A stretch of DNA of 64,000 nucleotides from Spirochaetaceae bacterium (GCA_003556605.1 PWQX01000086.1:21023-85022), one strand, 5' to 3'; shown: positions 36,681 through 46,167, counted from the stretch's first letter. Notes: generated from the sequence alone by a model not told the origin. Program-made: numbers and translations.

Positions 36681-37634
36681 TCAGGTAATATAGTGCTCGT
36701 AGATCTTAGGATCGATGCTGCGGAGTTTCAGCAACACTTCATCGATCTTATCCCGGTCCTCGCCCGTGTTGAAATAGTGATCAATCAACCAGAAATACCG
36801 GTTGATCAAACGGGGTACCAGAAGCTCGTTCTTTCCACGCTTGTCGCTGTGTTCCCGTTCAAGCGCGTAAATCGACTGCTTCAGCCGGCCGTATTCAATT
36901 GAGCGCAACTCACGTTTGACCGTAAACACCCCGTACAGCACCCCATAGACCGGCACCCATTCTTCGAGTTCCGGCGACTGGTAGCCAAGCCCACGCAGCT
37001 TGCTTACCAGTCGTGTGATCAGCTCAGATTCCAGAAACCCGAGATCAATGCGCTGTGCTCCCAGGAAAAAGGCCTCACGAAAGAACGCCTTCGATCGCTG
37101 AACCTCATTGACGAAAGCATAACAGTCGGCGAGCTCAGCGTAGATTTCGGCATCGTCCTTCTTCTGAGATGCCGCCCGCCGGAGGCTCTCCAGCGCGCTG
37201 TCGTACTCGCCTTTCCCCTTGTAGCACCGCCCAATGCGCAACAGCAGCTCCGAGTCGGCGTCAAACGCTTCATCGAGCAAACCCCGGTAGCGTTCCAGCG
37301 CCGAATCAAACACGTGCTGTCTCACCGCATATAGGCATTGTTCAGCGGCTTGTCCGACCCGCTCAACAAAGTGGTTGAACAACTGCCACTGCGATACCAG
37401 ATATTCGGCCTGCTCGAAGCTGGTCGCAATCTCCTGCACCGCGCGCCCACGGTCTCGCCAGAAGTTCACGTACTTGAGGGCGGCTACCACTTCGGTACTG
37501 TCAAAGTCCAGCGAGAGCGCGCGCTCTATACCTTCGGCGGCAACATCCAACTCATGGCTTTTGATCGCCTCATACGCACTATTCAGCAAATCTTGTATGT
37601 TCTCGTCGCTGGCGACCGAGCTATGTGCGTGCAT
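36681..37634 (-). CDS. hypothetical all-helical (TPR-like) protein
   Basis: 317-aa ORF, 19 nt upstream of greA on the same strand. TPR-like stretch (LLLRIGRCYKGKGEYDSALESLRRAA...AEIYAELADCY). Confidence 0.5.
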   Translation of the reverse strand: MHAHSSVASDENIQDLLNSAYEAIKSHELDVAAEGIERALSLDFDSTEVVAALKYVNFWRDRGRAVQEIATSFEQAEYLVSQWQLFNHFVERVGQAAEQCLYAVRQHVFDSALERYRGLLDEAFDADSELLLRIGRCYKGKGEYDSALESLRRAASQKKDDAEIYAELADCYAFVNEVQRSKAFFREAFFLGAQRIDLGFLESELITRLVSKLRGLGYQSPELEEWVPVYGVLYGVFTVKRELRSIEYGRLKQSIYALEREHSDKRGKNELLVPRLINRYFWLIDHYFNTGEDRDKIDEVLLKLRSIDPKIYEHYIT

Positions 37635-37727
37635 AGTATCCTATCGTATTGTAGCTTCTGATGGTAATCCGTTTCCCCGTCCAGCGTCAACGCCCCGGAC
37701 GTCGCGCACCGGGTAAGGGGAACTCGA

Positions 37728-37757
37728 TTTACACGGTACAACCTGTTCGGGTATTAT
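37728..37757 (+). promoter_or_regulatory. candidate promoter TTTACA-N18-TATTAT, ending 6 nt before the rpe ATG (possible leaderless mRNA)
   Basis: TTTACA at 37728-37733, TATTAT at 37752-37757, ATG at 37764. No Shine-Dalgarno sequence in between. Confidence 0.35.
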
Positions 37758-37763
37758 AGCAGA

Positions 37764-38423
37764 ATGAACGTGTTTGTGGCACCATCACTTCTGGCAGCCG
37801 ATTTTACGTCAATCGGTGATGCATTACGGCGCATTGACGGCAGCGGAGCCGAGTGGGTTCACCTGGACGTGATGGACGGGCACTTCGTGCCGAACCTGAG
37901 CTTCGGTGCGAAGATGGTGGCAGATATCCGGACGCGTACGAAACTACCGCTTGACGTTCACCTCATGATCGAGCACCCGGAACGCTCTGTCGAGCAGTAT
38001 ATCAAGGCCGGCGCAGATTACATTACGTTTCATATCGAGGCGTTGGTGCACGCTCATCGCTTAGTACAACAGGTTCACGCCGCCGGCTTAGGATGCGGCA
38101 TCGCTCTGGTTCCATCCACGCCGGTATCAGCGGTCGAGCATCTGTTGGGCGACGTGGATTTGGTGCTGGTGATGACCGTAGACCCCGGCTTCGGCGGGCA
38201 AGCGTTGATTCCGCAGTGCGTCGACAAAGTGCAGCGGTTTTCCGAGCTGCGGACGCAACGCGGGGCGAGGTTCTTGCTCTCGGCTGATGGCGGGGTGAAC
38301 GGTGATACCGCCGGAGCGCTGCGCGCCGCCGGCGTGAATGTCCTAGTATCGGGTTCTGAGTTTTTCCGGAGCTCGGACCCGGCACACGTAGTGTTGCAGC
38401 TTCGCGGACAGCAGGTTGCGTGA
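37764..38423 (+). CDS. rpe: ribulose-phosphate 3-epimerase
   Basis: APSLLAADF, HLDVMDGHFVPNLSFG, MTVDPGFGGQ, DGGVN. Confidence 0.95.
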   Translation: MNVFVAPSLLAADFTSIGDALRRIDGSGAEWVHLDVMDGHFVPNLSFGAKMVADIRTRTKLPLDVHLMIEHPERSVEQYIKAGADYITFHIEALVHAHRLVQQVHAAGLGCGIALVPSTPVSAVEHLLGDVDLVLVMTVDPGFGGQALIPQCVDKVQRFSELRTQRGARFLLSADGGVNGDTAGALRAAGVNVLVSGSEFFRSSDPAHVVLQLRGQQVA

Positions 38424-38506
38424 CGCCAAAGCGAGCTGCTGAAGCGGCGGCGTCTCAGGGTTTAGTTTAGTGTCCAGTGGTCGACATTGTATGTGAGGCA
38501 CAGTAT

Positions 38507-39493
38507 ATGCAAGCAGTAGCACGAATGCGCACAGTGGCACTAAGCGGCGTCGTCTGCGCGGCGCTGGTGTTGATTGCAACGCCGAGTGGGGCGTTGCAGC
38601 GGTTGCCTGCCCGCGACCCGTTCGCCACCGCGGTACAGCAATTTCGGGCGGGTAATTTTCGCGAAGCGGCAGACACATTTGCGGAGACCGCTGAGCTGGA
38701 GCCGAGCTATGCAGCGCCGGCGCTGTTGTGGAGCGCAAAGGCACTGATAGCCGCAGATCAGCTCAGCGCGGCCGAAGCCCGGCTGGAACGGGTGCGCAGC
38801 GAGCATCCGGGCACCGAGCCCGCCGCTGAAGCGTTGTATCAGCTCGGACGGGTGGCGTATATCGATGAAAAATACGGCAGAGCACTGGGGTATTTCTCAC
38901 GCTTCGTTGACGTGTATCCGAGCTCACCGTTTGTCGGCAACGCGTACTACTGGGCCGGCGAGTCGCTGTTGTCCCTGGGGCATCTTGATGAAGCCGAGAC
39001 GATGTTCGCCACAGTGGTAGAGCGCTTTCCTGACAGCTATCGCACCGCGAACGCCGAGTCACGCCTAGATCTCATGCAGTTACGCCGCCGCGACGCGTAC
39101 TTCCGGCGCTTGTTGCGCTGGAGCCATGAAGAGCAACTGAGCCTCATCGAGGAGCTTGATCGTCGCGATCAAGCGCTGCGAGAGGCAGTCGACGATTATC
39201 GAATCCGGCTGTTAGAGCAGGCGCCGAGCGAATACCGCGCCCAGCTGTTGGATCTCGAGCAGCAGCGGCGGGCGCTCGAGCAGCGCTTACAGCAGCGCGA
39301 GCAGCGGATTGCAGAGCTCGAGCAAGAAGTCTACGAGCTGCGTGATGCACAGGCAGCGCCGGAGACTACGGTACGCGCGTACCGGCGGCGTTTCGAAGTG
39401 CTGGAGCTCAAAGCAGAAGCGCTGGAGTTGCGCCGGCAGCTCCTTGATAGATTGCTCGAGCAGGAGCGCCGCAGGCCGGGAGGGGCGGAGTGA
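38507..39493 (+). CDS. secreted TPR protein with a C-terminal Q/R/E-rich coiled coil
   Basis: Signal-like N-terminus (VALSGVVCAALVLIA), YbgF-like TPR units (AEALYQLGRVAY...; GNAYYWAGESLLSLGHLDEAETMF), then a long heptad-like region. Start is uncertain (GTG 38477 or ATG 38507). Confidence 0.65.
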   Translation: MQAVARMRTVALSGVVCAALVLIATPSGALQRLPARDPFATAVQQFRAGNFREAADTFAETAELEPSYAAPALLWSAKALIAADQLSAAEARLERVRSEHPGTEPAAEALYQLGRVAYIDEKYGRALGYFSRFVDVYPSSPFVGNAYYWAGESLLSLGHLDEAETMFATVVERFPDSYRTANAESRLDLMQLRRRDAYFRRLLRWSHEEQLSLIEELDRRDQALREAVDDYRIRLLEQAPSEYRAQLLDLEQQRRALEQRLQQREQRIAELEQEVYELRDAQAAPETTVRAYRRRFEVLELKAEALELRRQLLDRLLEQERRRPGGAE

Positions 39494-40626
39494 AACGCAC
39501 ACGCTTATCGGTGTGGGTGGTCACCGCAGCAGCGCTCGGGGCTTGTATCGCTGCGGTACCGGGTTTAACGGAGCTCTCGGCCGAGCCAGGCCGCCGCGCA
39601 ATAGCAGAGCTAGAGCGCGGCCGCGTACGGCTGGAAGTGTACTCCGGCCGCGACGGCTTCATGCTGTGGTATCTCGATCCACACGATGAATGGACACCGC
39701 TGTTATTCCGTGGAGACCCTGCGGCAACGGTAATGGCGGTTCGCGACGGCGATCGTATCGTGGATTTGGGTCGCTCGTCGCGTATAAGCATGCAACAAAC
39801 CGAGCGTCGCGGGCACGCTGTCGTACAACGGTTCGTCGGTTTTGATATGGCGATCGACCGTGTCTTTACCCCGGTTCGCTCGCGGGGCTCACAGCGAGCT
39901 GACGGCATTCGTATTGTAATTACGCTCCATAATCGCTCGAACCAACGCCGGAATCTCGGGTTACGCGTCCTCTTTGATACCTATCTCGGCGAAACAGCCC
40001 CGGGCGAGGCTGGTCATTTCCAACTCGACCGAGGGTCGCCGGTGCGGTTCGAGACCAGCCTAAGACCTGAACAAGAATCGGTGCGGTACTGGCTCACGCG
40101 CGCGCCGGATCGCCCGGAGCTAACGCTGCAGCAGACGCTGCAGGGCGGCGGTGTGACCATCCCGGACCGGGTGGTGTTTGCCAACTGGAAGCGCTTGTTC
40201 CAGAGTACCTGGGATTACACGGTCTTACCGTCGCGGCGGTTCAGCGACCCCCCGTATTCGTTAAACGATTCGGCGGTTGCCGTGTACTACAATCCGGTTT
40301 CAGTGCAGCCGGGAGCAAGCCGAGAGATTGTGATAGTGCTCAGCGCCTACGCCCCGGTCGGCTTCGACGATATCGAAAACCGCGAGGATGCGCATTTTCC
40401 GCCGGTTCCCGACGATGAGCCTCCGCCGTTACACCGGCGTGAACCTGACGAGTTTGCGATCATGAGTATGAGCCCGGAACGACGGGCGGAGTATCTTAGA
40501 CGATTGGAGGAATTAGACGCGTTGATCGCCGATTTGGAGCACGAAGCCGAACGACCGCAAGAGTTGACCTTGAAACGCTTACAGGAGCTGCGCCAACGGC
40601 TGGATGAGTTGCGTAAACCGCAGTAA
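39490..40626 (+). CDS. hypothetical exported protein
   Basis: 378-aa ORF. GTGA overlap with the upstream gene, N-terminal signal/anchor (LSVWVVTAAALGACIAAV), C-terminal helical region. No family recognised. Confidence 0.6.
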   Translation: MKRTRLSVWVVTAAALGACIAAVPGLTELSAEPGRRAIAELERGRVRLEVYSGRDGFMLWYLDPHDEWTPLLFRGDPAATVMAVRDGDRIVDLGRSSRISMQQTERRGHAVVQRFVGFDMAIDRVFTPVRSRGSQRADGIRIVITLHNRSNQRRNLGLRVLFDTYLGETAPGEAGHFQLDRGSPVRFETSLRPEQESVRYWLTRAPDRPELTLQQTLQGGGVTIPDRVVFANWKRLFQSTWDYTVLPSRRFSDPPYSLNDSAVAVYYNPVSVQPGASREIVIVLSAYAPVGFDDIENREDAHFPPVPDDEPPPLHRREPDEFAIMSMSPERRAEYLRRLEELDALIADLEHEAERPQELTLKRLQELRQRLDELRKPQ

Positions 40627-40628
40627 TC

Positions 40629-41732
40629 ATGGCGAGGTCGAAATCAAAAGGGCTCAAACGCGCAGAGCGACTCTTCCGCCGCCGGCGGTACAGCGAGGTA
40701 ATTCGGCTGCTCGAGCCTCAAGTGTTCATGTACCGTGACCGCCCGATGTTTTATTATTACCTCGGCGTCTCGTGTTTACACACCGGCGATTTCGGAGGGG
40801 CGTACTCGTACCTGCAGCGGGCACAGCAACTTGACGCCGATAACATAAACATCGGACTAGCGCTCGCGGCAATCGCAATGCGGCGTCGCCAAACCGACCT
40901 CGCGCTGCGACTGTATCTCTCGGTACTGGACCGGGAACCTAAAAGCCCAATCGCAAAGCGAGGGCTTACAGCGCTGCGGCGGGCTGAAAACGAGAACGAA
41001 CTGGCCGAAGAGCTCGATCAAGGCGGAATCGGCCGTTACTTGCCGTGCCCCGGACCGTACCTGCCGCGGCCGCTGCTGATCGGTACGCTTGTAGCAGCCT
41101 TGGCAGCTGTGCTCGCCGTTATGCTGCCATCTGTGGTGGAGCGTTTCAGTGACCCCGCGGCACCGGAGCGTGACGGCGTTGAAGTGCTCGAACTCGAGCA
41201 CATGCAGCGCGACGTTGTACAGTACGAGGGTGAGTTTCGGTATGTCTTGACCACCGACGAGATTCGCGACACCTTTGAGCGCATCGGCGATTACTTCAAC
41301 CAGTATCGTGACAACGAGGCGCGCCGGGAGATCAACCGCATTGTACACTCGAACGCGCACCACGAGATGAAAGAGCGGGCGCGATTACTCGCTGAGTATC
41401 TTCAGACGCCGAGCTTCACAAACTTTGCGGCCGAGGACAGCTTCACGTACGAGGAGGTGCAGGCTGAGCCCCGCCTGCACGACCAAACCTACGTTCGCTG
41501 GCGCGGGCGTGTTGCAAACCTGCGGCACAGCGAAGAAAAGATCGAGTTTGATTTCCTCGTAGGCTACGAAGATGAGCGTGTGCTGGAGGGCATAGTTCCG
41601 GCACGCCTGGAGTTCTCCGCCCGAGTGGAGCCGGCTATGCCGGTTGAGCTCATCGGCAGAGTCGTAACCGACAACGGCTTCGGTAGACTCGAGGTCGTCT
41701 CAATTCGTCGTATATCACCGCAAGTCGGCTGA
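40629..41732 (+). CDS. TPR-domain membrane protein
   Basis: Starts 2 nt after the upstream stop. N-terminal TPR units (YYYLGVSCLHTGDFGGAYSYLQRAQQLD), one TM helix (LLIGTLVAALAAVLAVML), and a C-terminal domain of unknown family. Confidence 0.65.
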   Translation: MARSKSKGLKRAERLFRRRRYSEVIRLLEPQVFMYRDRPMFYYYLGVSCLHTGDFGGAYSYLQRAQQLDADNINIGLALAAIAMRRRQTDLALRLYLSVLDREPKSPIAKRGLTALRRAENENELAEELDQGGIGRYLPCPGPYLPRPLLIGTLVAALAAVLAVMLPSVVERFSDPAAPERDGVEVLELEHMQRDVVQYEGEFRYVLTTDEIRDTFERIGDYFNQYRDNEARREINRIVHSNAHHEMKERARLLAEYLQTPSFTNFAAEDSFTYEEVQAEPRLHDQTYVRWRGRVANLRHSEEKIEFDFLVGYEDERVLEGIVPARLEFSARVEPAMPVELIGRVVTDNGFGRLEVVSIRRISPQVG

Positions 41733-41781
41733 AAACTGCGCGGTAACTCGATCACCGAGACACGGGGAGGGAGAACGCCAA

Positions 41782-42231
41782 ATGCGAGCAGTGGTGCAGC
41801 GCGTCAGGCATGCGAAGGTTACGGTAGGGGGCGCGGAGACCGGACGTATTGACTCGGGGATATTGGTGTATCTCGCAGTCGCATCGGATGACGGAGGCTC
41901 GGACCTCGATTACGTCGTCGAGAAAGTGCTAAACCTCAGGATCTTCGAAGACGAAGAACGCAAGATGAACCGTTCGGTCCTTGATACCGGCGGCGGTGTG
42001 TTGGTGATATCACAGTTTACGCTGTACGGGGACACCCGCAAGGGCCGCCGGCCGTCGTATAACCGGGCCGCTCCGCCACAGCAAGCCGATGCGCTGTATA
42101 GGCGCTTCGTAGATGCCATCGCTGCACGAGGCGTTGCGGTTGCAACCGGTGCGTTTCAAGAGAGGATGATCGTCTTAAGTGAGAACCTCGGCCCTGTAAC
42201 CATCCTCGTTGACTCTAAGCGAGAATTCTAG
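41782..42231 (+). CDS. dtd: D-aminoacyl-tRNA deacylase
   Basis: MRAVVQRV...GILVYLAV...LRIFEDE...ISQFTLYGDTRKGRRPS. 149 aa. Confidence 0.93.
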   Translation: MRAVVQRVRHAKVTVGGAETGRIDSGILVYLAVASDDGGSDLDYVVEKVLNLRIFEDEERKMNRSVLDTGGGVLVISQFTLYGDTRKGRRPSYNRAAPPQQADALYRRFVDAIAARGVAVATGAFQERMIVLSENLGPVTILVDSKREF

Positions 42232-42300
42232 ACTGTGGGCCGGCCGCTGGTCACAGTACGGTACAGTCTGTCGCAGCTCAGTAGATTCACAGCGCTGCGG

Positions 42301-43449
42301 TCACATAAACAGCTTTGGAGAGGACAAATACGTGCGGGCATGAAAATCATCGAAGAAAGGCGAAAGCGACTGCTCCTCATTCATTCGCATAATCAGCTCA
42401 GCACTCAGACGGGCCGAAGACACCACCTGCAGCGACGGCAATCGGCGCTTGAGATCCCCCGACACATCCAGCGTATCGGTAACCAAGACAGTGTCGAGCA
42501 TGCCGTTGTCGTACAACCACCCGAGGCGGTCTACAGCCGGACCCGAAAACACGGGATGGATGATCGCAATGTGGACCTTGGCAACCCCGCGCTTCTTGAG
42601 CTCTTGCGCTAAGGTGTGAATAGACCCGCCGGTGTCAATCATGTCGTCCACGATCCATACTTCTTTTCCGCTCAGCGGAGAGTCGCTGAGGATAGTGGTG
42701 GATTCCACGGTATTGGCTCTGTTGTAGGCACGTTGCTTGTGCGCGATTACAAGATGTGTGTCGAACGCACGCGCGAACTTCTTGGCAATCCCCTCGCCGC
42801 CGGCATCCACCGAGCAGAACAGCCACTGTTTCTGGACATAATCGGTCAGCACCTCGTTGGTCTTAATGAAGTTTTCGGCAATGTACTCCTGCAGCAATGG
42901 CACCGCCGGCACGTCGTCGATCGCACACAGACGCGGGTCGACAACGGTCTTCGACTTATCTGAATGCAGCTGATAGGTGATGATATGGTCCACTCCGAGG
43001 CTCATCAGGGTCTTATAGTGTATCCAGAACCCAACTGAGTTTCGTCGGGTAGTACGGTCGGAACGCGATGCGCTGCAGTACGTCTCAAACAGCGTGATGC
43101 GTTGCGGTTGCGCGCGGCGGATAGCGTCGATACAGTGATACAGCTCCATCTTGTTCTGTTCAACCGTCAAGCTCTGATTATTGCGGCCCGCCTGGGCGAA
43201 CAGGAATACGTCGCGACCTCGCACCGAGCTTTGCAACTCGACCTCGATCTCACCGTCGGCAAACTGCACCGGTCGCAACTCACCGACGTAATTCGCGCGT
43301 CTATGGGTAGCGTGGAAATCGGGGAACGTTTCAAGTTGATGTGCGACCCGCGCGGCATAGTCGTGCATTGAACGCGTAGACAGAAGCAATAAGTCGCCCC
43401 GCATATCACTTAGCATAGCGTAACTCGTATTGACCTGCAAGATATGCAC
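42301..43449 (-). CDS. prs: ribose-phosphate pyrophosphokinase (long form)
   Basis: PRPP-binding loop VWIVDDMIDTGGSIHTLA. Architecture consistent with Prs. GTG start. Confidence 0.88.
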   Translation of the reverse strand: MHILQVNTSYAMLSDMRGDLLLLSTRSMHDYAARVAHQLETFPDFHATHRRANYVGELRPVQFADGEIEVELQSSVRGRDVFLFAQAGRNNQSLTVEQNKMELYHCIDAIRRAQPQRITLFETYCSASRSDRTTRRNSVGFWIHYKTLMSLGVDHIITYQLHSDKSKTVVDPRLCAIDDVPAVPLLQEYIAENFIKTNEVLTDYVQKQWLFCSVDAGGEGIAKKFARAFDTHLVIAHKQRAYNRANTVESTTILSDSPLSGKEVWIVDDMIDTGGSIHTLAQELKKRGVAKVHIAIIHPVFSGPAVDRLGWLYDNGMLDTVLVTDTLDVSGDLKRRLPSLQVVSSARLSAELIMRMNEEQSLSPFFDDFHARTYLSSPKLFM

Positions 43450-43554
43450 CTATAGTATGCCCAAAGACAAGCAGTATGCAGACGGCGCCGGTTATTAGTA
43501 GGTAGTGGGGGCACAGCGCTCACCACTGCATTCCACCGGTCAGCGAGGAACGAA

Positions 43555-44631
43555 ATGGCGAAAAAGGAACAGGTCTCCGCTCCTGGTAACCAAGAGGAGC
43601 GCAATCGTGCACTTGAGGCTGCTCGCCTCAATATCGAGAAGCAGTATGGCAAGGGCTCGCTCATGAAGATGAGCGAGGGGCGCCAGATACAGAATATTTC
43701 GGTAATCCCGAGCGGCTCGATCCTGCTCGACGAGGCGTTGGGACTCGGAGGCTACCCCAAAGGGCGCGTTGTCGAGGTCTACGGCCCCGAGTCTTCCGGT
43801 AAAACCACTTTAGCGCTGCATGCTATTGCCGAAGCGCAGAAGCAGGGAGGTATTGCGGCGTTCATCGATGCCGAACACGCCCTTGACCCGGTATACGCCG
43901 GGCACTTGGGCGTCAATATCGATGAGTTGTGGGTCTCGCAACCCGACACCGGCGAGCAAGCGCTGGAGATTGCCGAATCACTGGTGCGATCGGGCGCAGT
44001 AGACATCATTGTCATCGATTCGGTGGCTGCGCTTACGCCACAAGCCGAGATCGAAGGCGAAATGGGTGATTCTCATGTAGGCTTGCAGGCGCGACTCATG
44101 AGTCAGGCGCTTCGTAAGCTTACCGGTACCCTGCACAAGTCCGGCACTTGCATGATCTTCATCAACCAGATCCGCATGAAGATCGGCGTAATGTTTGGAA
44201 ACCCTGAAACCACCACCGGCGGAAAGGCCTTGAAGTTCTACTCATCGGTACGTTGTGAGGTGCGCCGTATAGAGACAATCTCAAAAGGCGCCGACGAGGC
44301 AATCGGCAACCGGGTACGCGTAAAGATCGCCAAGAACAAGGTAGCGCCCCCGTTTCGCAAGGTCGAGCTTGAGTTGATGTTCGGTACCGGTCTCTCGGCG
44401 TCCGGCAGTTTGCTCGATGCCGCGGTGAAGTACAACATTTTTCAAAAAAGCGGCAGCTGGTACTCATACGGCGAGGAGCGTATAGGGCAGGGTCGTGACA
44501 ACGTGAAGCAGTTTCTCGAGAACAACCCCGAGATCGCGGCACAGGTTGACGCGGAACTGCGAAAACTGATGTTTCCGGCCGTCGAGCCGGGAGAGCCTGA
44601 GCAATCAGGCGATGAAGGCGATGAGCACTGA
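43555..44631 (+). CDS. recA: recombinase RecA
   Basis: Walker [33 protein letters not shown], acidic C-terminus. 358 aa to TGA 44629-44631. Confidence 0.98.
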   Translation: MAKKEQVSAPGNQEERNRALEAARLNIEKQYGKGSLMKMSEGRQIQNISVIPSGSILLDEALGLGGYPKGRVVEVYGPESSGKTTLALHAIAEAQKQGGIAAFIDAEHALDPVYAGHLGVNIDELWVSQPDTGEQALEIAESLVRSGAVDIIVIDSVAALTPQAEIEGEMGDSHVGLQARLMSQALRKLTGTLHKSGTCMIFINQIRMKIGVMFGNPETTTGGKALKFYSSVRCEVRRIETISKGADEAIGNRVRVKIAKNKVAPPFRKVELELMFGTGLSASGSLLDAAVKYNIFQKSGSWYSYGEERIGQGRDNVKQFLENNPEIAAQVDAELRKLMFPAVEPGEPEQSGDEGDEH

Positions 44632-44844
44632 GGCGCCGAGCCGAAGACTAAGCAGAGCCCGAAATCAGGCGCCCGCAAGAAGCCGTCTGCCGTGACAGGG
44701 ACAAGCACAGGTGCTACCGCACAAACCGGCTCGAGCTCCGGTGTCTCCGCCTCCAATACCTCTAACGCCGCCGCGTCACCCGATCCCGAGCCCGCTTCGG
44801 TTGCTGAGCCGAAGCCAGAGCCGGCCGAGGATGAGCTGTTCTGA
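44632..44844 (+). other. 70 sense codons in frame with recA after its TGA, ending AEDELF-TGA (possible lost or read-through C-terminal extension)
   Basis: My own translation gives GAEPKTKQSPKSGARKKPSAVTGTSTGATAQTGSSSGVSASNTSNAAASPDPEPASVAEPKPEPAEDELF*. Third codon positions are mostly G/C, as in the flanking genes. Confidence 0.35.
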
Positions 44845-44888
44845 TCAAACCGTTCATTCGAGGATCACAAACGGCCCCTCGGTCGAGC

Positions 44889-45365
44889 GTGTATGTGGGG
44901 CTCGGCAGCAATATGGGCGACCGCGAAGCAACGCTCACCGCAGCAGTTGTGCTGCTGCGTGGGTGCTTTGGTGGGCTGGCGGTCTCTCGGTTGTATGAGA
45001 GCGAGCCGCAATACGATCACAATCAGCGGCGGTTTCTCAACGCGGTCGCGGGAGGGCCAACGCAGCTCGGACCCTTTGAGCTGCTCGACCGGCTGTTGGC
45101 GATTGAGAAGCGTTTCGCTCGGCGGCGCGACGTCGAGCGTCCAAAAGGCCCGCGAACGCTGGATCTCGACCTGCTGCTGTACCGTGACTGGATTGTACAC
45201 CACCCGCGGCTCGCGCTTCCGCATCCCGGTATGGTTGAGCGTGCGTTTGTGCTAATCCCGTTAGTGGAGCTGGACCCCGCCGTGCGCGACCCCCGTACCG
45301 GAATCACGTTTGCAACCTATCTCTCGCAAGCCGATTCGGAGGGGATTTACCCGATCACCTCCTGA
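44889..45365 (+). CDS. folK: 2-amino-4-hydroxy-6-hydroxymethyldihydropteridine diphosphokinase (HPPK)
   Basis: VYVGLGSNMGD, RTLDLDLLLY, LPHPGMVERAFVLIPL. GTG start. Confidence 0.9.
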   Translation: MYVGLGSNMGDREATLTAAVVLLRGCFGGLAVSRLYESEPQYDHNQRRFLNAVAGGPTQLGPFELLDRLLAIEKRFARRRDVERPKGPRTLDLDLLLYRDWIVHHPRLALPHPGMVERAFVLIPLVELDPAVRDPRTGITFATYLSQADSEGIYPITS

Positions 45366-45399
45366 GAGTATAATTATCTATATTCCGGTGTCTTAATCT

Positions 45400-46167
45400 A
45401 TGCAACAACAAGAGTCAGCCAACAACGCGTCTGAGACGCACGCGGTATTCAAATTACAGGACTTCGAGGGACCACTTGATCTCTTGTTGTTTCTCATCCG
45501 CCGTAGCGAGATAAACATTTACGACATCCCGATCCATGAGATTACCGAGCAGTATCTCTCGTCGCTGCGCTTCGCCGAGCGTGTTGATCTCGAGAACCTC
45601 ACCGAGTTCTATGTCCTCGCGGCGACCTTGCTGTACATCAAGTCGCGCATGCTGCTACCCATCGACGCTGACCTTGGTGATGAGATAGACGACCCGCGTG
45701 CGGAGTTGGTCGAACGCTTGATTGAGTATCAGAAGTACAAGAAGCTCACTGATATCATGATCGAGCGCGAGAAGCACAGCGAGTGGGTGTTGGATCGTCG
45801 GAAGAAAGAGATCGCCCTGCCGTTCCCGGACGAAGACGACCTTTGGGAACAGATGGATGTCTGGGACTTATTCAAGGCTTTCTCAGCCATTCTGGAGACG
45901 GTGTCCGACGATCATGTCATCGATCTCTACGAAGAGGTGTCAATCAACGAGAAAATCACCTTGATCAACGAGCTGCTCGAGCGCAAAGACCAGTTCCCGT
46001 TCACAGAGTTGTTAGTGCGTGCCGACTCGCGTATGGAGATCGTGTGCGCATTACTGGCGATCCTGGAGACCGTCAAGGCTCGGCGCGTCTTCATTTTTCA
46101 GAACCGCCTCTTTGGTGACATCATCATACGTCGAGGCCTCGGGGAATCGAACGGTGGATCTGAATAG
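45400..46167 (+). CDS. scpA: segregation and condensation protein A
   Basis: FEGPLDLLLFLIRRSEINIYDIPIHEITEQYL, typical of ScpA. Followed by scpB. Confidence 0.9.
   Translation: MQQQESANNASETHAVFKLQDFEGPLDLLLFLIRRSEINIYDIPIHEITEQYLSSLRFAERVDLENLTEFYVLAATLLYIKSRMLLPIDADLGDEIDDPRAELVERLIEYQKYKKLTDIMIEREKHSEWVLDRRKKEIALPFPDEDDLWEQMDVWDLFKAFSAILETVSDDHVIDLYEEVSINEKITLINELLERKDQFPFTELLVRADSRMEIVCALLAILETVKARRVFIFQNRLFGDIIIRRGLGESNGGSE

Noticed and set aside
37778-37794. TGGCAC motifs (here and at 60016-60032) as possible sigma-54 -24 elements for the nearby EBP
   Set aside because: No TTGC element sits at the required spacing. One hit is inside the rpe coding sequence and the other inside rnpB.
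42232-42300. GC-rich palindromic sequence (CTGTGGGCCGGCCGCTGGTCACAG) between the convergent dtd and prs genes, as a bidirectional terminator; also the weak hairpin at 14019-14037 after mutS
   Set aside because: The stems are short and imperfect, and there are no T or A tracts on either side. Not supported beyond chance in GC-rich DNA.
44711-44998. 95-aa plus-strand ORF spanning the recA-folK gap and the folK start
   Set aside because: It is in a different frame from both recA and folK, has a P/S/R-rich composition, and overlaps the well-supported folK N-terminus. The recA-frame continuation is the more coherent reading of this gap.
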